Below, piece by piece: positions 1-8,945 of a DNA stretch of 64,000 nucleotides (position 1 is its first letter; every line of letters begins with the position of its first letter). The notes under the pieces are model-generated. The model worked only from the letters and a program-made list of their open reading frames with translations. It was not told the origin of the DNA and did no database searches. This DNA is from Zygnema circumcarinatum SAG 698-1b. Lineage: Eukaryota > Plantae > Zygnematophyceae. The stretch spans positions 2,356,001 through 2,420,000 of the forward strand of contig CM074817.1 in assembly GCA_037447605.1 (NCBI GenBank). The letters run 5' to 3'. Both the position numbers and the translations under genes were made by a program.

Positions 1-160
1 AAAGATTAGTGGATGAATGCATCTCCACTCAAAAAGTAAGTTCATCCATTGAGAAGGCCATCAGTTGGCCTTAGAAAGGAATTTGTTAATTTCAATCATT
101 TTCCAACCACAAAATTACAAGCTGAAACACCATTGAATCTTCATATCTCAATTATTCAGA

Positions 161-502
161 GTGGGAAGGAAGAATATTCAAAAAGGCCCGAAAAATTCGC
201 TGATGCTGCGTGTTTGGACTGCAGGCCTTGAGGGCCGAAAGCCTCATTTCGGCCTCGGATCAACCTTTGCCGCATCACCAGACGCTGAGATGCCGCATGT
301 CTCCATGCCTGTCGGCTACGACGGACCGTTGTTCTCAACTGAAACTGTGGAGCAAGCGTTTGACGGCCTGAACAGCACATTTGTGCCCGGCGGAACGGAA
401 ACTGAACTGGACGCGCCTGACCGCGGCGTAGATGGAGCGGCGGGCGGGGTCGGAGTGAGCGGACACAGGGGGAGGGGGGGCGGCCTGGGGATGGGGCCGT
501 GA
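161..502 (+). CDS. Possible last exon of an unknown gene that starts before the window
   Basis: Open frame of protein-like composition (…DAEMPHVSMPVGYDGPLFSTETVEQAFDGLNSTF…) after a plausible ctgcag acceptor. TTTAGGG repeats follow the stop, as at the quinone oxidoreductase gene. No family recognised. Confidence 0.3.
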   Translation: MGRKNIQKGPKNSLMLRVWTAGLEGRKPHFGLGSTFAASPDAEMPHVSMPVGYDGPLFSTETVEQAFDGLNSTFVPGGTETELDAPDRGVDGAAGGVGVSGHRGRGGGLGMGP

Positions 503-919
503 GGGGGGGCACCGCCTGACTTCAAAGAGGGTTTAGGGTTTAGGGTTTGAAGGAAAGGAAGTGGCATGGAAGGGTGGGTGGGTTTGACGCTTCGTTGGGT
601 TTGGGCTTCTGGGAGGGATACCGTACAATATGTACATTAGGGTTTTTCGGTTTGAGGGGTTTTTAGGTGTATATATTAGGGTTGGGGTGTTAGAGAGGAA
701 ATGGGGGGTTCAGTGAAGTGTATGAGATGCAAGTGGTGCGCGACATGATTGGAATCCGTTGTTGAGCGTAGGGGTGTTTCTATGTACATTGTAAAACGGG
801 AATCGTTTTCTGTGTTGGCTTTTTCGTGTGGGTTGTATGCAGTTATTTGGTTTCGTTCACACGTACAGTACGTACAAACTAGGAAAGCGATTTACAAAGA
901 GGGAAAATGGCATTTATGA

Positions 920-1115
920 CACGATGGCGAGGCCAACAAATGTACATGGACAAAATCAGCATGGGGAACCACGAGGGATAGGTCGCAAAGGACCTAAGCA
1001 CAAAAGGAAATGCTAGGGGTACAAAGGGTCCATTACGGCCAATTCCGCGTGGTTCCTGATGATGTTGATGTTGTCCATGTACATTTGATGGCATCATCGC
1101 CATCGTGAGATCAAT
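920..1115. repeat. Imperfect inverted repeat (920-973 vs 1048-1107), member of a dispersed family
   Basis: cacgatggcga-ggccaacaaatgtacatggacaaaatcagcatggggaaccacg is matched in reverse complement at 1048-1107. A further copy lies at 53932-54040. Confidence 0.7.
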
Positions 1116-1299
1116 TCACAAAGTAAAATCAAGGGGTTTATTACACTGCCCTTCACAATATTCGCAATGTGTCCAATATTGCCTCGCAGCGTCCACGATA
1201 TTCCTGGACACGCTATACCCCGATGCGATATCGTATCGATATTGTCGTAACTATATCGGCAGAAGCAAGTTTCAGCAGCGGGATGATCACGGAGGTGCA

Positions 1300-2915
1300 T
1301 TGTTCCACAGTTCGGACCAGTGGATCGGCAACCATTGGACAACCATTGGATGGCAATGGTTGGACGTCTACTGGTTGGCAACCAGTCGACTGGTTATATC
1401 CATTAAATCAAATGGTTGGCAACCATTAAATTGTTGATGTACGGATCCCCGTACAGTCGATATAGTACAGTACTGTACTGTATGGGATTTGGTCAACATG
1501 TACGAATGTACGGTCAGGTGAAATAAATAGTACGCTTATTGTTTTGGCGGGTAGCACGGGATGCCACCGGTTGGCTGCGCCAATTGGGGCAGCCAATCTA
1601 GGACTACCACGTGGCAATTAGGGTTACAGGCCTGCTGGAGGATGGAGGCAGGAGGCAGGGACTGCAAGGAGGCAACGCAGAGGAGGACGAGCTCCCCGGT
1701 CTCACCGGGCGGCGGACATGGCCAGCCGAGCAGCCAGCAAGCAGAGGACGAGGGCCAGGGCGAGGGCGGGAGCCAGGGCGGGCGTCGAGGCGAGCGAGGA
1801 GCGGCGGACATGGAGGCAAATTATTGGAGCGGTGGGAGTGCGGCCGAATGAGGAGCTGCGGCTCTCTTCAGGGCTTAGGCATAAATAGTGCTTAGTGCTT
1901 AGCTTAGGTTTAACCTTCTTTTGCTTTGCTGTGTGCAATCAGCCCTTGTGAAGGTTGGATAGAGGAGGTGGGAGCTTGGGTAGCTCAGGTGTGTTCTTTG
2001 GGATTAGAGGGTGTGTTTAGAGGATAGTGTGAGGTTGAGTTCCAGACACATTCCTTGTAAACATCCTTATTCTTATTAATGGAGTTTTAGGCTTAGAGCT
2101 TTCTCCAAAGTTTTCTCAGTGTATTTTCTACTCCCTTGCATGTTCCTCAGTCTGAAATGTCTACAGCGGCAAGTGAGGGGACATCTGCTGGGGGGTCTGA
2201 CTCTAACATAAATCACTAGTTGTCAACGGTTGGCAACCCACCAAAAAACACATACGACCCATTTTTGAGCCCCTACATCTCCCTACACGTTTGATTTACA
2301 GTAAACTATTAGTTTCCTCTTTTTGAAGTACTCACGGAACCCTAAGCCTAGCCGAACCCTAAATCTGGACTCCTGCTCCTCCTCACGATTCTGACTGCTC
2401 TCACAAAGCGCGCACTCATGCGCTCTACTGCGACAAAACAAAATAAATTCAGCAGAGCATGTCCATCCACCCAAGAGAAGAAAATGAGCACAAAAAACAC
2501 ACACATCGCAGTATTCGCATTTTCAGATGATCACATACAGTTGAAAAAAATTCATATCAGAAATTTTAGAGCGTGCAGTTTTGCTGAAAATAAAAAGACT
2601 GCCAAAAGCAGTGGAAGTTTCAAAAACCCCTTCAGGGTTCAGGGTAGGAAAAAGAGCATAATTTCAGAAATTCAATGGTTGCCAACCATTGGATCACTGG
2701 TTCCGAACCAGTCGAATGGTTGTTTCAGTCCTGCGCCACTGGTTGGCAACCAGTCGAATGGTTGTTTCGGTCCGCAACCACTGGTTGGCAACCAGTCGAC
2801 TGGTTTGGAACCAGTGGATGCCACTGGTTGGCAACCAGTCAAATGGTTGTTTCGGTCCGCAACCACTGGTTGCCAACCAGTCGACTGGTTTGTCTAATGG
2901 TCCGATCTGTGCATT
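1300..2915. mobile_element. Probable non-autonomous DNA element with subterminal ACTGGTTG(G/C)CAACCAGT palindrome arrays, interrupted by a solo LTR
   Basis: Palindrome arrays at 1315-1426, ~2220-2240 and 2674-2893 (42-bp unit), with weak inverted similarity between the outer ends. Boundaries are approximate. Confidence 0.5.
1432..2208 (+). mobile_element. Solo LTR (777 bp)
   Basis: Begins TGTT (1432) and ends AACA (2208), flanked by identical TAAAT at 1427-1431 and 2209-2213 (5-bp TSD). Internal TATA-like cataaatag near 1880. Confidence 0.8.
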
Positions 2916-3709
2916 GTTCAGAGACCCATTCCATGGAGCCATCGCTGTTGAGAAAATCACATAAATAACGCTAACTGCTGCTGCATGGAACGTCGTCAAA
3001 AAGTTCCAGCGTTTGTCGTTATCCGCCCCGCTGGCGCCATCATCACGCCGTAAATAGACCCTCGTCCAGCTGGAAGGCCGGATCGCGCGAGATCGCAACT
3101 TTACCTTCGACGATATTTATAGATCCGACGGTAAGTGTCTTCCATGACGGTGGAGATCTTCGGAGTTCTCGAAAATCCGGATCTGGGACGTGTCAATCAT
3201 TCTCAAACGCCAGTGAAATATTTATCCGAATCAGTACTCGTGATCCTGATAAAAGCTCACTGTAAAATGTAAACGCGAAAGACAAAAGTACTGAATTTGG
3301 GTTTTCTAGGGTTCTAGGCGTTTTTTTGAAGCGACATAAACCTTCAGGCCATATCTTTCTGGCGGTTTGCACAGAGACAATTTTTTCGGGCTTATTGAAA
3401 AGACAAAGCTGAAATCCACGTGGCGGTCATTGATTCGTCTTGTTCGTTTGTCTTTTTGCTACGCACTTGAATTCATTATAATACGACAAAATTATGCCCG
3501 TACAGTCGAGCTGTGATCATAACCTGCGGTAACCTACAGTTGCCGCCCTCCGCCACAGCACGCGAATACGACAAGCTCCTGAAATCCCGCAGCCCGTGAA
3601 GGAACGCCACGTGGCAGCCGTGGGCCATATTTCCGCGCCGTGTCCTGGCACAAGTGCATTGCGGGGAGGGCGAAGAGTGAGAAAGGGAGGGAGGAGGGAG
3701 CCGGCAGCC

Positions 3710-5996
3710 ATGGCGGCTGCAAAGCTCCTCCTCCTCCTCGCCGCCATGGCCTGCATATTTATCGCACACGTGTCAGCCGCAGCTCGCTGCCCTGATTACA
3801 AGGAACGGAGCGGCTGCCTAACGGGCTCATGTGCAAGGAAAGGCCTCCAAGGCTACTTCACGGCCAGTCAGCACTCCTGCAACGAGGGGAGAGGGAGAGA
3901 GAGAGGATCCTGCATCCCTAACAAAAAAATAGGGTTTCAAACCTCCATTCCGTGGTTTTCAACTTGAGTAAATTCTTAATTTGTTTTCCATTCTGGTGCA
4001 AATGGGGTGCAGGTCCCCCCTGCCCCGCACGTGTGCGTGGCGCGGCGGTGCCTGTTCGCGAAGTGGATGACGTGGCGGGGGCAGCGCCTGCAGGTGCTGC
4101 AGCGCGCCTTCGCCTCGCGGTGCTGCCTGGAATGCAAGAAGGCGGCGGAATGCAAGTACTGGCAGTGGTGGAAAAAGTGAATTCTCTCTCGCTCTATCCG
4201 TCTCACTCTCTCTCTTCTTATATCTACCTCTCTCTCTATCTCTCACCCTCATCCCCTCCTCTCTCTACCACTCTCCCTGCCTCCCTTTCCATTTCCTCCA
4301 TTTTCCTCTTTCAATTTCAATTTCAATTTCAATTTCACTCCTCTACCTATATCACCCTCCTCTAGTCATTTCCTTCTCTTCTCTCTTTCATTTCTCACTT
4401 CTCTCTCTCTTTTATTTCTCACTTCTCTCCCTCCTTCCTCTCACCCTTCTTCTACCCTGAACCTTATTCCCTCCCCTCCCTCCCTCCCACCTCCCTCCCT
4501 CCCTCCCTCCCTCCCTCCCTCCTCCCTCCCTCCCTCCCTCCCTCCCTCCCTCCCCTCCTCCCTCCCTCCCTCCCTCCCTCCCTCCCTCCCTCCCTCCCTC
4601 CTCCTCCCTCCTCCCTCCCTCCCTCCCTCCCTCCCTCCTCCCTCCCTCCCTCCCTCGCCCCCTCCCACCCTCCCTCCCTCCCTCCCTCCCTCCCTCCCTC
4701 CCTCCCTCCCTCCCACCCTCCCTCCCTCCCTTCCCCCAGGAACCACGCTTGCTTCCTCTACTTCGACCCGGACAAGGGCCCCCTCTGCGGAGGAACCGTC
4801 CTCTCCTATGTCGGCGCGCAGTGCCAGGACAAGGTCTATGTCCGCACGTGCCGAAAACGCAAGGGCGCCGTCACATGCACAGTTTCCGTAAAGGGCGACC
4901 CCCACCTCGTGGGAGCACATGGAACGCCGTTCGACTTCAGCGGAACCCCCGGGAAGTCCTTTTGTCTGTTGAGCGACGAGAGGTTCCATGTGAATATGAA
5001 ACTGACGGGGTACTACGACAACAGAACGGAGGGCGCCAGCGTTTTACGGAACGGGAAGGCGGTGCGGACATGGATACGGGAGGCGGGGGTGCTTTGGAAG
5101 GACGGGGGAGGGAGGGAGCACAGTCTGCATCTTGTTGCGAGGGAGGGGAGGGAGACGGCCCGAGGAGAAGGTTTCCTCGCCATGGCTATGGCGGACGGAG
5201 AGGAGCTTCCAAAGATGAAGGTGGGGATTCGAATCAAACTAAAAGAATAGGAATTGAATAGTTCTTGCTTTGGGGTTTAAGGTTCAGAAGTTTGGGCTTT
5301 GATAAAGGATAATTCTCATCATGTGTTGTTTGTGTTGTGCTGTGAAGCAGGAGGGCGAGGAATTGAAGCTTCCCGGGGCTCTCACTATCGCAATGGCGGG
5401 AGTGAGGAGGGAGGGCCCCTTTGAAGTGGAGGTGCTCTCTATTCAAATTGCAGACCTTCTCCAAATGGAAGTGAAGCTCCGTGTGGCGGAGCCTCTCCTT
5501 CAGACCTCTGAGGACGCGCAAGTTCACCTCAGTTTGGAAATAAGTTCGGTCAAGGTCGGCTCCTTAAACCACTCCAGGAGCAGAATTCAATCCCTTGTCT
5601 ACTTACTTACTCATTTGATTCGAAAAAGAAAAAACGAGTAACAAGTGGGTTCTTTTTTTTGTGGCGCAGGTGAGCCCCAAAGTGCATGGGATCTTGGGGC
5701 AGACATACCGCAGTGGGAGAGAAGAGATAGCGGCGGAGTTTGCTGAGATGGCGGCACAGCTGAAAAGACCAATTGCTGCGGATGGAGAGAGTGGAGAGGG
5801 GTTCTTGGACGGAGAGGCGGAGGACTATGTCTCCACGGGAGTGATGGAGCCCGACTGCACTTTTTCGGCTTATGGAGGGCGGGAGGAGGGGAGGAAGGTA
5901 TTGTTGGGGCAACTGGAGGTTGAGGATGAAGGAGGGGGGAGAGGAGAGCGGGGAAAGGGAGGGGCAGAAGAGGAGGGGAGGGATGGGAGGGAATAG
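3710..5996 (+). CDS. Secreted root-cap-domain protein with N-terminal Cys-rich/PAN-apple-like module (about 5 exons)
   Basis: Signal peptide MAAAKLLLLLAAMACIFIAHVSA. Exon ~4014 encodes RCCLECKKAAECKYWQW. Exon 4740-5220 encodes GDPHLVGAHGTPFDFSG…FCLLSD…VNMKL…TWI. Last exon has VHGILGQTY…DYV…DCTFS, typical of the root-cap (PF06830) family. First donor site uncertain. Confidence 0.8.
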
Positions 5997-6447
5997 AGAG
6001 AGGAGAGGGGAGAGGGGAGAGATAGGGGAGGGGTGGGAGAGGTCGAAAAGGGAAGGGTGGGGGGAGGAGGAGAGGGAAGGGAGAGGAGGGGAAGGGGGAG
6101 GAAGGCGAGGAGAGGATGGAAGGAAGGGGGTAGAGCCGACAGGAAGGATTGAGCGGACATCGAGGGGAGTGGAAGTGGGGAGACGAGGGAGGGGGCGGAA
6201 AAGAGGGAGAGAGAAGAGGAGATTGGAGGAGAGGTGGAGGGGGGAGGGAGGACGGGAGGAGGGGAGTGGAAAGGGAGACGTGGGAGCATACATGAAGGTG
6301 ACGAGTCCATGGTCTCTAAGACAAGCATGTAAGGGAGAGGGGATAGCCATGGGGGTAGCCATGGACCATGGCGTGGATGGATAAAGCGAGAGGTCCACAA
6401 AGGGAGAGATTCATGTAGAGCTTTGCGAGTCATAACTTCAACGTTAG

Positions 6448-6807
6448 TGTTGAGGATACAATTATTGTACATGCGAAGGTATAATGTGAGTCGCCACGCT
6501 CACACAATGTACGAGAGAGGGGTTGTGGGGCCTACAATAAGAGGGCTTAGGAGGGAGGGCTTAGGATTAAGGCGTGATGCCATGTGTAGCATAGTGCGAG
6601 TGAACAATGTTCCTTAGAACATTGTTCACATGTCATGTGAAAGTCAAAGTGAAAGTCACATGTCAGAGTGGTTTACATGAACCGCGTGTTGCGAGGAGTT
6701 GTTGGGGCTTGTGGGTGCTATGGAGGGTCCACGACGGTCCAATATTTTCATGTCCGAGTTTTTCTTTAGTCAAAGTTGCAAACCAAGCCCGGATTAGTCT
6801 TTCAACA
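6448..6807. mobile_element. Possible Copia-type solo LTR remnant
   Basis: TGTTGA…TCAACA termini around 360 bp containing a perfect 13-bp-stem hairpin (6600-6629). No target-site duplication found. Confidence 0.3.
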
Positions 6808-7019
6808 AGAACTTGCGAGCAGTCCGCACGTTCGGCGCCGGCTTGTGACTGGCGGAGAGGGCAGAAGGCAGAAGGCGACAAAAAGGAACCTTTCAAATAA
6901 AAACACGCGACGTGGTGAGCACGTGGCTAAAGCACTACCGTTGGATTGCGACAGCAGGTCAAATCTCTTGCTCCAAAGGTCGACACGTGGTCAACACACC
7001 TCAAACTACAAGGTAAAAC

Positions 7020-7211
7020 GAAACCACGAGTTAAAAGAAAACCACAAGTTAATAGAAAACCACGAGTTAACCCGAAACTACCAGTTAAAAGGAAATTACG
7101 AGTTAACATGAAACCACGAGTTAAAAGGAAACCACGAGTTAACATGAAAGCACAAGTTAACATGAAACTACGAGTTGAAATGAAACCACGAGTTACAAGG
7201 AAACCACGAGA
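7020..7211. repeat. 18-bp minisatellite (consensus ~GAAACCACGAGTTAAMAD, about 11 copies)
   Basis: Tandem units read directly from the sequence. Confidence 0.85.
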
Positions 7212-7635
7212 ATTGACAAGTTCGACCTCGGGACGGAACCCCACCGAGGAAACGCGCAAATATCGAACTGCATTTCCGATACGTATCGGAAATATGTAGC
7301 GACGAAAGTTACCGATACGGCGAGTACTCGACAAGACGGCGAGAGAGGGCCCATCCGCCCTCGTCATAAAGTTACAGAGGCAGCAGGTGTCTTTATCGAG
7401 GGGGTGACTTTGTGGCGGTCCAGGGCTGCTCTGCCTGCTCCTGCTGGAGCAGCTCGCCTCCCTGTGCTCCACCTCTCTGTTTGCGCCTCATTGCAGACTG
7501 TCTTCACTCTCATTCACTCCCTCTCTCTCTCCCTCTCCCTCGCTCTCCCCCACACATTGGAGCCTGAATCCTCTCTCTCTCTCTCCCCCACATTGCAGCC
7601 ATTGTTCTCACTCTCTCTCTTTCTCTCGCTTTGCA

Positions 7636-8073
7636 ATGGGAAAGCCCGGCGAGAGGCACAACACCATGACATACGCCATCCGGGCGGAGCTGTGCAGCTT
7701 CAAGCGCGCGCATCCGGGCACCTCCCACAGCGACCTCCTGCACTGGCTCCGCGCCACGCATAACATGACCGTCTCCCTCGCCACCATCTCCAAAACCCTA
7801 AAGCGCTCCGCGGCCATTCTTGAAGCCAGCCCCGTTCAGAATTCGGCGGCCAAGAGGGCCAAGAAGCAGCAGTATCCGAAGCTGGAGGAGGCTCTGTTTC
7901 AGTGGGTTGCAGAGAGCAGGGAGAAGGGCGGGGGCAGCATTTCTGGAGAGGCGTTGAAGGAGAAAGGGAGGCAGTTGCTGGGACAGTTGTATCCAAACGC
8001 ATCCGCGAGCTTCAAGTTCTCAGATGGATGGCTGTGGAACTTCAGAAGGCGGTACAACATGACCGAAAACAGG
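7636..8073 (+). CDS. CENP-B / pogo-Tc5 transposase-type HTH DNA-binding protein, no DDE domain visible
   Basis: MTYAIRAELC…DLLHWL…VSLATISKTLK (CENP-B N-terminal HTH), then YPKLEEALFQWV…ISGEALKEKG…FKFSDGWLWNFRRRY (HTH_Tnp_Tc5). The frame then runs into CT microsatellite; the true 3' end is uncertain. Confidence 0.8.
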
Positions 8074-8354
8074 TCTCGCTCTCGCTCTATCTCTCCTCTT
8101 TTCTCTTGCGCGCTCCCTCGTGGGCTCCTCTCTCTCTCTCATTCTCTCTCTCTCTCTCTCGGTCTCTCTCATGGCCTCCTCTCCCTGTCCACCATTGCTT
8201 TATTCCGTCCGCACTTTTTCGTAGCGCACAAAACATAACTTTAAGCAGAGGATTTTTTATAAAGTCTGTTTTTTTGTTTTCTTTGGATAACTTTACGAGG
8301 CGCCATTAAACTTTATGGGAGTTCACTGCATAGAGTTACTACTGTGTCCTTCCG

Positions 8355-8425
8355 CCACGTGTCCTCGTTTCCGCGCCGATTGCCACGTGGCTGCGCGTTC
8401 TCCAACCTTTTCGAGCGCCACGTGG
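8355..8425. promoter_or_regulatory. G-box/ABRE cluster upstream of the quinone oxidoreductase gene
   Basis: Three CACGTG sites (ccacgtgtc, gccacgtggc, gccacgtgg) within 70 bp. Confidence 0.5.
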
Positions 8426-8945
8426 TGCCTTCCCAGCGCCCCCCGTCCCCCCGCCCCGCGCGGGAGAAACCGTCAACCTAATTTTCCACCGTCTCTCTGC
8501 TCCGCCATGCTCAGGAAGCGTTTCCCTTCCACCCCTCTCCTCCACGCCGCCATAGCCGCCGTCACTTCTCCTCTGTGTCGCTCTCCCGCACTCTCTCATC
8601 CACTCTCTCCCGCGCTCTATTCCCCCCTCCCTCTCCTCCTCTCTCCTCCCTCCTCTCGTCCTCTCTCACATTTTGCCCCTCTACTACTTGGCAGAGACGC
8701 AATCTCTGCAGCCCGCGTCCACCGCCTTCTACCAGCTCCGCATCCTTCAAGCCCTGAACTCCACCCTCGGTATTCACACACTCCCTCACAAAAGATAAAC
8801 GCTAAATCCGAATCCCTAGACAATGAACTTTGAGCTGCTGCACATCTCGTTCTGATCCCCCCCTCCTCTTCCCTTCCATGAACCCTAACCCTGCTTCACA
8901 TGCAGGCAGTTACAGCTTTCAACTGTTGTTTTACGGAACTGCAAC

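Noticed and set aside
2674-2893. CRISPR-like appearance of palindromic repeats
   Set aside because: Units are tandem without unique spacers, there are no cas genes, and the context is eukaryotic.
5607-6472. Long Pro/Ser- or Gly/Arg-rich ORFs
   Set aside because: Purine-rich low-complexity tract downstream of the root-cap gene.
6946-7299. Lys/Arg-rich histone-H1-like ORF (KPRVKRKPQVN repeats)
   Set aside because: GTG start, minisatellite-derived, open on both strands, no splice or promoter support.
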